Shown piece after piece: positions 8,142-16,683 of a DNA stretch of 32,000 nt. The translations under genes and the position numbers were made by a program. The notes beneath the pieces are model-generated. The model ran no database searches and was not told the DNA's origin. It worked only from the letters and a program-made list of their open reading frames with translations. This DNA is from Gammaproteobacteria bacterium (GTDB taxonomy: Bacteria; Pseudomonadota; Gammaproteobacteria; JBIOEC01). The stretch is from positions 510,001 through 542,000 of the forward strand of contig OZ257143.1 of assembly GCA_965279305.1 (NCBI GenBank). The letters are read 5' to 3'. Each line of letters begins with the position of its first letter. The stretch's first letter is position 1.

Positions 8142-8519
8142 TTATCCTTTCAAAGTTGTCACAGGGTAATCCATTATTTTTTTATCGGCTGTAATAATAA
8201 CTAAATCATTCAGTTTAGCCTGTATAACTAGCATTCTGTCGAATGGATCATTGTGAATAAGGGGAAGATCTGCAACACTTAAACTTTCTTCTGGCATAAG
8301 AGAAAGTGTTTTAAAGCCTTCTGCAACTAAGAGTTCAAGTATATTATTAATGAGAGGAAGTTTGCCTAAACTTTTTTTAATAGCCATTTCCCAAAATGAA
8401 ACACTACTAACATAAATCTCATTATCCTTATCTCCAATAATTTTTCGGGCTTTTGAAGAGATTTTTTCGGGCTCAGTAAGCCACCATAGAATAATATGGG
8501 TATCTAACAGATACTTCAT
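8142..8519 (-). CDS. vapC: PIN-domain toxin, VapC family
   Basis: 125 aa. LLDTHIILW (first acidic PIN residue), FWEMAIK and DPFDRMLV are PIN/VapC signatures. There is a 4-nt ATGA overlap with the upstream antitoxin. Confidence 0.9.
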   Translation of the reverse strand: MKYLLDTHIILWWLTEPEKISSKARKIIGDKDNEIYVSSVSFWEMAIKKSLGKLPLINNILELLVAEGFKTLSLMPEESLSVADLPLIHNDPFDRMLVIQAKLNDLVIITADKKIMDYPVTTLKG

Positions 8520-8761
8520 GACTCATCCTCTCCATAAAAGTGTTTCAAATACTCCTTGGGCAATGGATCATCAAAGTCATCAGGCACTTTCAGCATTCCT
8601 CTCAGCTGTCCCCCTTTACGAAGCTTAGCCTCAGCATGATAGGGTACCAGTTTCACTAAAGGATGGTTACCCCGAGAAACTACAACCTCTTCACCCTGCA
8701 GAGTCTGGTTGATAATCTTGGAAAAATGCGTCTTGGCTTCGTGAATATTAACGAAAATCAT
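8516..8761 (-). CDS. vapB: Type II antitoxin (Phd/YefM-like) paired with VapC
   Basis: MIFVNIHEAKTHFSKIINQTLQGEEVVVSRGNHPLVKLVP is a typical Phd/YefM-type N-terminal fold. I place the start at the ATG at 8761, which has AAAGGAG about 10 nt upstream. The track start at 8788 lies upstream of the predicted -10 and transcription start. Confidence 0.85.
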   Translation of the reverse strand: MIFVNIHEAKTHFSKIINQTLQGEEVVVSRGNHPLVKLVPYHAEAKLRKGGQLRGMLKVPDDFDDPLPKEYLKHFYGEDES

Positions 8762-8792
8762 TGAGTTTCCACTCCTTTTTAGAATCAAGCAT

Positions 8793-8849
8793 AGTATACT
8801 CGACTAACAAGACTTAGTCAAGTTGACCCATCATTTTGGTGATGTCAAC
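8793..8849 (-). promoter_or_regulatory. vapBC promoter with overlapping palindromic operator candidates
   Basis: On the minus strand, -35 TTGACT (8821..8816) and -10 TATACT (8798..8793) are separated by a 17-nt spacer. The spacer holds the palindrome GACTAA-N6-TTAGTC (8802..8819). GTCAA-G-TTGAC (8817..8827) and an imperfect 10-bp-stem palindrome GTTGACCCATCA...TGATGTCAAC (8822..8849) lie just upstream. Confidence 0.5.
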
Positions 8850-8962
8850 AAAATGGTATTTGTAGAGATAAATTAACAAAGAATTAATATAAGATCAAGG
8901 TAGATATGTGTTAGCAAAACGATCAAAATTTGAGAAGAAAGAGAAAGGAAAGCGATAAGGTA

Positions 8963-8993
8963 GCCAGCCCGCTGGCAAAAGACAGGGGCTGGC
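8963..8993 (-). terminator. Candidate terminator hairpin downstream of the DUF378 gene
   Basis: A perfect 8-bp GC-rich stem, GCCAGCCC (8963..8970) with GGGCTGGC (8986..8993), starts 14 nt past the stop of the minus-strand gene. The loop is 15 nt and the trailing T-tract is poor. Confidence 0.35.
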
Positions 8994-9006
8994 CGTCAAT
9001 GGGAAA

Positions 9007-9231
9007 CTATTTTCCCATATTGCTGCAAGAGTCTTTACAACGGTATGCACAATAAATCATATACACCGCGCTAATACCCACTAAATCATAAACAATGCGG
9101 GTTAACATGGACATGTCACCGAATATGGTAGCTACTAAATCAAAGCCTAATAAACCAACAAGACCCCAATTTAATCCACCAACAACGACTAGAGCAAATG
9201 TAACCCAATCAAGTGCATTGAATTTTTTCAT
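9007..9231 (-). CDS. DUF378 family small membrane protein
   Basis: 74 aa. ALDWVTFALVVVGGLNWGLVGLLGFDLV is the characteristic DUF378 two-helix pattern. GGAGAAAAATA precedes the ATG. Confidence 0.8.
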   Translation of the reverse strand: MKKFNALDWVTFALVVVGGLNWGLVGLLGFDLVATIFGDMSMLTRIVYDLVGISAVYMIYCAYRCKDSCSNMGK

Positions 9232-9382
9232 TATTTTTCTCCATTAACTTAATCAGTAGCAATGCGGTATTGCATCACTCCTACCGATTAGAATAGCACA
9301 TAATTTGGTTATTTGAACTACACCCTCTACTAGGCGTTCTTTGAGAATATGTTTATAATGATTGATTCAAAGGGAATTTCAT

Positions 9383-10270
9383 ATGATCACGTTTCAGCAA
9401 ATGATAGAAAAGCTTAATCACTTCTGGGCCGCTCAGGGCTGCGTGATTATGCAACCCATGGATTTAGAAATGGGCGCTGGCACATTTCATCCTGCCACTT
9501 TTTTAAGAGCCATTGGTCCTGAACCTTGGCGCGCCGCTTATGTGCAACCTTGCCGCCGCCCTACTGATGGTCGTTATGGTGAAAACCCCAATCGCGGGCA
9601 ACATTATTATCAATACCAAGTCATGCTCAAACCTTCTCCTGATAATATTCAAGAACTTTATTTAGAATCATTGCGCACACTTGGTATCGATCCCCTTACC
9701 GATGATATTCGTTTTGTGGAAGACAATTGGGAATCCCCTACCTTAGGTGCCTGGGGTTTAGGTTGGGAGGTATGGCAAAACGGAATGGAAGTATCTCAAT
9801 TTACTTATTTTCAACAAGTAGGTGGTTTGCCTTGTCATCCTGTCACTGGCGAATTAACGTACGGATTAGAACGACTTGCTATGCATTTACAAAATAAAGA
9901 AAGTATTTTTGATTTAGTATGGACTAAAGGCGTTAATGGTAACGTCACTTACGGCGATATCTTTTTACTAAACGAAGTAGAAATGTCGGCCTATAATTTT
10001 CAATGGGCAGATACCGCTGATTTATTCGAGCAATTTAATGTATATGAAAAGCAATGCGGCGTTTTACTTGAACATGAATTACCTTTACCTGCATACGAAA
10101 TGGTGATTAAAGCGTCTCATGTATTTAATCTACTCGATGCACGTCAAGCCATTTCAGTGACAGAGCGCCAGCGTTATATTTTACGTATTCGCACTTTAGC
10201 TAAACAAGTCGCTGAAGGCTATTATGCTAAACGCGAAGCATTAGGATTTCCTTTAGTTGTGGAGAAGTAG
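9383..10270 (+). CDS. glyQ: Glycine--tRNA ligase alpha subunit
   Basis: Near-colinear with E. coli GlyQ (FQ..I..L..FWA.QGC.I.QP.D.E.GAGT.HP...[49 protein letters not shown]). I chose the start at the ATG at 9383 (AAGGGA upstream) rather than the track start at 9362. Confidence 0.97.
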   Translation: MITFQQMIEKLNHFWAAQGCVIMQPMDLEMGAGTFHPATFLRAIGPEPWRAAYVQPCRRPTDGRYGENPNRGQHYYQYQVMLKPSPDNIQELYLESLRTLGIDPLTDDIRFVEDNWESPTLGAWGLGWEVWQNGMEVSQFTYFQQVGGLPCHPVTGELTYGLERLAMHLQNKESIFDLVWTKGVNGNVTYGDIFLLNEVEMSAYNFQWADTADLFEQFNVYEKQCGVLLEHELPLPAYEMVIKASHVFNLLDARQAISVTERQRYILRIRTLAKQVAEGYYAKREALGFPLVVEK

Positions 10271-10273
10271 AGA

Positions 10274-12346
10274 ATGGGCGATATAAAAAAAGTTAATATA
10301 TTATTTGAATTAGGCACCGAAGAATTGCCCGCTACTGCCGTACAACGTTTTCCTGAACAATTAGAACCATTATTAACTACCGCTTTAAATGAGCAGCAAC
10401 TCAGCTATAAAACTTTAAATATATATATAACTCCTAGAAGAATAGCTATTTCCATTCATGATCTACTAGCAAAACAACCTGATTCCATTGTTGAAAAACA
10501 AGGCCCACAAGAAAAAGTAGCCTTTAACGACAAAGGCGAAGCCACTCCTGCTGCATTAGGTTTTGCACGTTCCAATAATATAGATGCTCGCGATTTAAAA
10601 AAACATATTGAAAATGGTCGCTTAGTTTATCGATTTAATAAACCCGGCGTAATGGCAGAAGAATTATTACCAACGATGTTAACCGATGCTATTAATAAAT
10701 TACAAAGCGGAAGAACTATGCAGTGGGGCAGCGGCACACAAAAATTTGTGCGCCCTATTCGATGGGTCATGTTATTAGTGGACGACAAAAAAGTAAAAGG
10801 CGAAATGTTTGGCTTACCCATTCAAGATTTTACCTATGGTCATCGTTTTTTATCTCCCGACAACATTAAAATCAAAAATGCTGATAGTTATGTTAAACAA
10901 TTAAAAACAGAAGGCAAGGTGATGGTTGACCCTGCTGAACGTAAAAAATATATTCTAGATCAGCTTCATACTTTGCCTAAAAAACATCATGCCACTGCAC
11001 TGATTGATGAAGCATTAGTTGATGAAGTAGCAGGATTAGTCGAATGGCCAACCGCACTGATGGCTTCTTTTCGTGATGACTTTTTACATGTGCCAGCAGA
11101 AGCGCTCATTTCTTCTATGAAACAACATCAAAAATGTTTCCCTTTATTGAGCCAAGCACAAGAATTATTACCTTATTTTACATTTATCAGCAATTTAGAA
11201 AGCAAAAATCCTAAACAAGTGATCCAAGGTAATGAACGAGTGATGCATGCACGTTTAAGCGATGCCGCTTTCTTTTTTATTAAAGATAAACAAGAACCTT
11301 TAGCAGAACGTTTAATGAGACTTTCTTCTATTGTGTATCAAGAAAAATTAGGAAGCCTTTACGATAAAACTCAACGATTAGTGAGTTTATGCGAACAATT
11401 AGGCGATACATTTCAACTCGATCAACATGACGCTGTGCGTGCAGCATGGTTAAGTTTGTGTGATCTTTCCACCGCCATGGTGCAAGAATTTCCTGAACTA
11501 CAAGGCATTATGGGATATCACTATGCTAATCATGATGGTGAACCTGCAACCGTATGCACAGCATTAGCTGAGCAATATTTACCGCGTTTTTCAGGCGATC
11601 AATTACCCGAGACTTTAATGGGATGTGTATTAGCTATCGCACAACGCTTAGATACCTTAGTGGGTCAATTTGCGATTGGAAACAAACCAACAGGCGATAA
11701 AGATCCATTTGCACTACGCAGAGTCGCATTAGGTTTATTACGTATTTTAATTGAAAAAAACTTAGATATCGATTTAAAAGCCTGGTTTACTTTCACTATA
11801 GGATTGTTACCCGTTCAAGTGAAAGACACTGATGAACTAAGCAATGAAATCTGGAAATTCTGTTTAGATAGATTAAAAGCTTTTTATAGTGAGCGCGGCT
11901 TTAGTGTGAGTGATTTTAATGCTGTCGCTAAATTAAATATCAGCAATCCTTATGATTTTAATTTGCGTTTATTAGCGCTACAAGAATTCCGTCAATTGCC
12001 TGCAGCAACCGCTTTAATTGCAGCGCATAAACGTGTTAAAAACATCTTAGCGAAAACTGATAATACCGATCTTCAAGTAAAAGCCCAGTTATTAGCAGAA
12101 CCTGCCGAAATCAAACTGGCGAATGCTATCAATAATAAATTGCCATTATTCCAGCAATTATCTCAACAAAGAGATTATGTGGCTTTATTAAATGAATTGG
12201 CTTCTTTAAGACCTTTTATTGATGGTTTTTTTGATCATGTGATGGTGATGGTTGATGATATGGCTGTACGCGAAAATCGTTTGGCATTGCTCACACAATT
12301 ATGCGCACTGATGGAAAGTGTGGCTGAAATTGGTCAATTAGAGTAA
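10274..12346 (+). CDS. glyS: Glycine--tRNA ligase beta subunit
   Basis: 690 aa, immediately after glyQ. LFELGTEELPA at the N-terminus and the overall length are typical of GlyS. Confidence 0.95.
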   Translation: MGDIKKVNILFELGTEELPATAVQRFPEQLEPLLTTALNEQQLSYKTLNIYITPRRIAISIHDLLAKQPDSIVEKQGPQEKVAFNDKGEATPAALGFARSNNIDARDLKKHIENGRLVYRFNKPGVMAEELLPTMLTDAINKLQSGRTMQWGSGTQKFVRPIRWVMLLVDDKKVKGEMFGLPIQDFTYGHRFLSPDNIKIKNADSYVKQLKTEGKVMVDPAERKKYILDQLHTLPKKHHATALIDEALVDEVAGLVEWPTALMASFRDDFLHVPAEALISSMKQHQKCFPLLSQAQELLPYFTFISNLESKNPKQVIQGNERVMHARLSDAAFFFIKDKQEPLAERLMRLSSIVYQEKLGSLYDKTQRLVSLCEQLGDTFQLDQHDAVRAAWLSLCDLSTAMVQEFPELQGIMGYHYANHDGEPATVCTALAEQYLPRFSGDQLPETLMGCVLAIAQRLDTLVGQFAIGNKPTGDKDPFALRRVALGLLRILIEKNLDIDLKAWFTFTIGLLPVQVKDTDELSNEIWKFCLDRLKAFYSERGFSVSDFNAVAKLNISNPYDFNLRLLALQEFRQLPAATALIAAHKRVKNILAKTDNTDLQVKAQLLAEPAEIKLANAINNKLPLFQQLSQQRDYVALLNELASLRPFIDGFFDHVMVMVDDMAVRENRLALLTQLCALMESVAEIGQLE

Positions 12347-12349
12347 TTA

Positions 12350-13024
12350 TTATTTAACGTAGTGAGTAGGATCAGAAATTCCGGCTTCGTCAAATCCTTT
12401 TTTACGAAAACCACAGCTATCGCAATATCCGCAAGCTTCGCCTCTTTCATTAGCATTATAGCATGTTACTGTCATACTATAATCTACGCCTAAATCAGTT
12501 CCTAATTTAATAATATCTTCTTTAGAAAGATACATCAGCGGCGCTTCAATCGTTAATGTGTGTCCTTCAACTCCTGCTTTGGTCGCAAGATTAGCCATTT
12601 TCTGAAATGCTTTTAAATATTCAGGTCGGCAATCGGGATAATTAGAATAATCAACTGCATTAATTCCTATAAAAATATGAGTAGCGCCCACTACTTCGGC
12701 ATAACCCAATGCGAGTGAAAGAAAAATCGTATTGCGTGCAGGCACATAAGTAGAAGGAATTTCTTGGCGATGCTCTTGAAACTCAGGTACTTCTATAGAT
12801 AAATCGGTTAATGATGAACCCCCAATTTCATTCATAGGCAGTGTTAATATTTTATGATGAACTTTAAAGGTTTTGGTTATTTTTTCCACTGCATTAATTT
12901 CAGAGACATTTCGCTGTGCATAATGGAAACTCAAAGCATAACAATCAAAGCCTTTGCTTTTAGCAATAGCCAAACATGTGGTGGAATCAAGACCGCCTGA
13001 TAATAATACTACTGCCTTATCCAT
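12350..13024 (-). CDS. queC: 7-cyano-7-deazaguanine synthase
   Basis: 224 aa. It has the SGGLDS PP-loop motif at the N-terminus and a C-terminal Zn cluster (C..C..C..C within [10 protein letters not shown]), both QueC hallmarks. Confidence 0.93.
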   Translation of the reverse strand: MDKAVVLLSGGLDSTTCLAIAKSKGFDCYALSFHYAQRNVSEINAVEKITKTFKVHHKILTLPMNEIGGSSLTDLSIEVPEFQEHRQEIPSTYVPARNTIFLSLALGYAEVVGATHIFIGINAVDYSNYPDCRPEYLKAFQKMANLATKAGVEGHTLTIEAPLMYLSKEDIIKLGTDLGVDYSMTVTCYNANERGEACGYCDSCGFRKKGFDEAGISDPTHYVK

Positions 13025-13154
13025 AAAATCTCCCCTTAAGTAGAAGCCATTTTACCGATAAAGTTAATAAAAAACCACCATTCTGCTTGACGAACACCTA
13101 CACATTTCGCTACGCTGATGATCCATTTTAGGCGATTCACCTTAGGGAAAATTC

Positions 13155-13781
13155 ATGCCAACTGAAACATTGACTATTGATACCACTACTTTAATGCTAG
13201 CGGTTATTTTTGCTGTCGCTGCTTATCTTATAGGCTCGCTTTCTAGCGCTGTTATTTACTGCAAAATATTTAATTTACCCGATCCACGTAAATCGGGCTC
13301 TGGCAATCCTGGTGCTACTAATATACTGAGATTGGCTGGGAAAAAAGCCGCTTTTATTGTATTACTCGGTGATGTACTCAAAGGTGCATTGCCCGTTCTG
13401 ATTGCAAAATTATTGTTTATTAACCCATTGTGGGTAGGCCTTGCTGCCGTAGCAACTTTATTAGGGCATTTTTATCCTATTTTCTTTGGGTTTCATGGCG
13501 GAAAAGGCGTTGCCACGGCAGGTGGTATTTGCTTAGCTTTAAGCTGGCCATTCGGATTAGCAGTTCTCGCCATTTGGTTATTTGTTGCCTTAATTACCCG
13601 AACTTCATCCATAGGCGCACTCGCTGCTAGCGGTGCCTCGCCAATTTTGGCTTATATCATGGTAAACTGGGAAACAGCCGCATTAATGGTAGTGATGGCA
13701 CTACTTATCATTTGGAAACATCGCGGAAACATTCAACGTTTGCGAGAAGGCACGGAACCTAAAATTAACAATCCACTCTAA
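13155..13781 (+). CDS. plsY: Glycerol-3-phosphate acyltransferase PlsY
   Basis: 208-aa polytopic protein with GSGNPGATN and FGFHGGKGVAT motifs, as in E. coli PlsY. Confidence 0.93.
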   Translation: MPTETLTIDTTTLMLAVIFAVAAYLIGSLSSAVIYCKIFNLPDPRKSGSGNPGATNILRLAGKKAAFIVLLGDVLKGALPVLIAKLLFINPLWVGLAAVATLLGHFYPIFFGFHGGKGVATAGGICLALSWPFGLAVLAIWLFVALITRTSSIGALAASGASPILAYIMVNWETAALMVVMALLIIWKHRGNIQRLREGTEPKINNPL

Positions 13782-13796
13782 TATGAAGTGAATACT

Positions 13797-14792
13797 ATGC
13801 GTGTGTTAGGAATTGAAACGTCGTGCGATGAAACGGCTGTAGCCATTTATGATGATGCTGATCACAGCGTTAAACATTTGGTTCATAGCCAAATTGATAT
13901 TCATGCGCCTTACGGTGGCGTAGTACCCGAACTCGCCAGCCGCGATCATATTCAACGCTTAGCACCTTTACTAGAAGAATTATTAAAAATATCACCCGAA
14001 CCCATTGATGCTATTGCTTATACAGCAGGCCCCGGATTAGTGGGTGCCTTATTAGTGGGCGCCACTTTTGCCAAAAGTTTAGCGCTAGCATGGGATATTC
14101 CCGCTATTGCTGTTCATCATATGGAAGGCCATTTATTAGCTCCATTTTTGGATGCTAAAGATTTACCATTACCCTTTTTAGCCTTATTGGTTTCCGGCGG
14201 CCATACATTATTAGTCAACGTTAAAGGTGTAGGAGATTATGAAATTCTAGGGGAATCTATTGATGATGCAGCGGGTGAGGCCTTAGATAAAACCGCAAAA
14301 TTATTAGGCTTACCTTATCCCGGTGGTGCAGCACTTTCTGCATTAGCTGAGCGCGGCACACCTAAAAAATTTACATTTCCCAGACCACTCACCGATCGTC
14401 CTGGTTTAGATTTTAGTTTTAGTGGTTTAAAAACATCCGTGATGCATGCCATCACCGCTATTCCGGTTATTGATGAACAAACACGTTGTGATATTGCTTA
14501 CGGATTTATTGATGCGGTGATGGATACTTTAGTGATTAAATGCAAACGCGCACTCGATCAATTAGGCTACAAGAATTTAGTGATTGCAGGTGGTGTGAGT
14601 GCGAATAAACAATTGCGCGAACAATTAACGGAAGTAATGAAGGCTAGAGGTGGAAAACTCTGGTTAGCTAAACCGGAATTTTGCACCGATAATGCCGCGA
14701 TGATTGCTTATGCCGGTTATTGCCATTTAAAACTCGGCGAAAAAGATGCCAACGAAAAAATACAAGTTAAAGCGCGCTGGCCTCTCTCCTAA
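13797..14792 (+). CDS. tsaD: tRNA N6-adenosine threonylcarbamoyltransferase TsaD
   Basis: [20 protein letters not shown]... plus [10 protein letters not shown] and GGVSAN motifs. I placed the start at the ATG at 13797, matching the E. coli N-terminus. The track start at 13788 is a GTG three codons upstream. Confidence 0.95.
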   Translation: MRVLGIETSCDETAVAIYDDADHSVKHLVHSQIDIHAPYGGVVPELASRDHIQRLAPLLEELLKISPEPIDAIAYTAGPGLVGALLVGATFAKSLALAWDIPAIAVHHMEGHLLAPFLDAKDLPLPFLALLVSGGHTLLVNVKGVGDYEILGESIDDAAGEALDKTAKLLGLPYPGGAALSALAERGTPKKFTFPRPLTDRPGLDFSFSGLKTSVMHAITAIPVIDEQTRCDIAYGFIDAVMDTLVIKCKRALDQLGYKNLVIAGGVSANKQLREQLTEVMKARGGKLWLAKPEFCTDNAAMIAYAGYCHLKLGEKDANEKIQVKARWPLS

Positions 14793-14797
14793 ATAGT

Positions 14798-16489
14798 TTA
14801 CTGATTAATAACATAACCCATTCTTAGACTTGCAGGAGCTCGAGGCAATAAAGGCTGGTTTTCTTCTGCATTATTAAGAGAAAATCCCATATCTAAAGAC
14901 ACTGCATTGGGAACAGGAGCATCATAAACAAACTGTTCATCACCTGCTTTCAGTATAGGATCAATCACTTTACATATTTGTGAGGCAGCATCAGCAGATG
15001 GCTGATTAACAAATCTTTCTATTGGTAATATATCAATGCCCTGTCTACTTAAAAACTCATCAACACTATCAAAAAGTTGGATGATATTGGCTTTATAGTC
15101 GTCAAGCGAATCATGTGGAATAACCTCAAGGTAAAATGATTTTAAAATAATGGCCATTGCTGCTAAAGATAAAACAAGGGCGACTACGCTAATCATTCCT
15201 ATAGCGAGGGCTTCATAAGTATCAAAATTAATATTTTCATATTTATCATATAGGTTGCAAAGATCTTTTAAGGTATTCAATAAAACATTAACTGCATCAT
15301 TACAGTTTTCCACTGAAAAACAACATTTCAATATATTAAGAGCAGGCTCATCATAATAAATATCACAAGACTCTTTTCCTGATTCAGCAGCGGGAGCCCA
15401 TTCTCCACGTGGGATACAAGTATCATTTATCTGTTGATTAGTATTAGCAACAGCATTATTCAATGTTGTCTCAGCATTTCTAGACCAATATAATAAATAC
15501 CCCATCCCAGCTGCAACACCAAAAAAAACTAAATAAGTAATCAATGAACGGTAAGCCAATATTTTCTTAGATTTTCTTCCTTTTCTTAATAATTTTTTAT
15601 ATTCCACTAAAAAATTATTATCCTCTACAGAAGTAGCCAACCTGGACATAAAAACATCCATGCGTTTTACTTCAGAAATTAAAATTGCATTCACCTTAAA
15701 ACCTAAAGATACTACAGCTCTTACATCAAGAAGTATTTGAAATGTATTTCGATCATAAGGTATTAGTGTGGGAGCGATAGGATCTTCCACATAATTCACT
15801 CCTTGAACTATTTTTGATGCCATATCATCACTCATTAAAGAAATTGTATTAAATATATGTATTAATGTACTACGTACTATTTGTTTTTTATTCGTATTAT
15901 TTTGATTTTGAAAAACAGTAGAAGTAAGAATACTGTCGGCTAAATAATCAAAAAAGTAAGCATGTATTCTTGCTTCACTAGCATTAAAAGGACGAAAAAA
16001 CTCTAGAAATTCGTCTGAGTGTTTTTGAACAAAATCACATATTTTATTTCCTGGTATACGCAAAGGATTTACTCCACCGCTTGCATCGTTAGCATATATT
16101 CTATTAATATATTGTCTCACCTGTTCATCAATCGTTATAGAATTACTCGGAGAAGGTTGTAGTATAAAATCAGCATATATTTTATTTGTCTGTTCAACTA
16201 CAGTCGTGTATCGATATCTTTCATCCCCTTCAGTAATCTCTTTTAATTTTTTTACCTTAGCTTTAACTAAATTACTTAAATTATATTCGTTCAATCTCTT
16301 AAATAAATTATGAGTAAAAATCGCATATTGTTTAGGAGTCAATTCACCATGAAGATATTGTTGGCTGTACTTTGACACTACACCCGGTATTTGTAGATAT
16401 TCCTTTAACCCCGGTTGAGTAGAAATAGGTGATAGATTAGGGCCTGCTAGTCTTACCGTATTAGGGTTTGGTGCTAAATGTGCTCTCAT
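14798..16489 (-). CDS. Orphan 563-aa membrane protein (two TM helices flanking a Cys-rich loop)
   Basis: A long uninterrupted ORF in a region that is visibly AT-richer than its neighbours. The architecture is a soluble region of about 310 aa, TM1 (about 310-335), a 90-aa loop holding 6 of the protein's 8 cysteines, TM2 (about 426-449), and a C-terminal region of about 110 aa. I do not recognise a family. Confidence 0.7.
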   Translation of the reverse strand: MRAHLAPNPNTVRLAGPNLSPISTQPGLKEYLQIPGVVSKYSQQYLHGELTPKQYAIFTHNLFKRLNEYNLSNLVKAKVKKLKEITEGDERYRYTTVVEQTNKIYADFILQPSPSNSITIDEQVRQYINRIYANDASGGVNPLRIPGNKICDFVQKHSDEFLEFFRPFNASEARIHAYFFDYLADSILTSTVFQNQNNTNKKQIVRSTLIHIFNTISLMSDDMASKIVQGVNYVEDPIAPTLIPYDRNTFQILLDVRAVVSLGFKVNAILISEVKRMDVFMSRLATSVEDNNFLVEYKKLLRKGRKSKKILAYRSLITYLVFFGVAAGMGYLLYWSRNAETTLNNAVANTNQQINDTCIPRGEWAPAAESGKESCDIYYDEPALNILKCCFSVENCNDAVNVLLNTLKDLCNLYDKYENINFDTYEALAIGMISVVALVLSLAAMAIILKSFYLEVIPHDSLDDYKANIIQLFDSVDEFLSRQGIDILPIERFVNQPSADAASQICKVIDPILKAGDEQFVYDAPVPNAVSLDMGFSLNNAEENQPLLPRAPASLRMGYVINQ

Positions 16490-16511
16490 GACAAGAAATC
16501 TCTTCCAGGTG

Positions 16512-16529
16512 TAAAAGAGCTATTTTACC
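16512..16529 (-). promoter_or_regulatory. 18-bp motif (near-palindrome TAAAAGAGCTATTTTA + CC) overlapping a -10-like TAAAAT, upstream of the 563-aa gene
   Basis: On the minus strand it reads GGTAAAATAGCTCTTTTA, 22 nt upstream of the ATG at 16489. TTGTAA lies 17 nt upstream of TAAAAT as a possible -35. An identical 18-mer occurs at 31612..31629. Confidence 0.45.
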
Positions 16530-16609
16530 TAAAAGTTACTTAAATTACAAACTCAAACCTTTCTAAAAGTGAGATCTCAGCCATTCTTTCTGTTTTCAAT
16601 ACCCCTTTT

Positions 16610-16660
16610 TTCAAAAATGCCCTAATTTATGTTAAAATTACCCTTTATTCCCTAATTTAA
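16610..16660 (+). promoter_or_regulatory. Candidate parA promoter flanked by CCCTAATTTA direct repeats
   Basis: -35-like TTCAAA (16610..16615) and -10-like TAAAAT (16633..16638) have a 17-nt spacer. The 10-mer CCCTAATTTA occurs at 16620..16629 and 16650..16659, 30 bp apart. Confidence 0.35.
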
Positions 16661-16683
16661 ACCGCAGCTGCACGGAGCTCTAC

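Noticed and set aside
13045-13056. A third copy of the 18-bp palindromic motif upstream of queC
   Set aside because: Only GGTAAAATGGCT is shared, and the palindromic right arm is absent. It is better explained as an ordinary -10 region of similar sequence.
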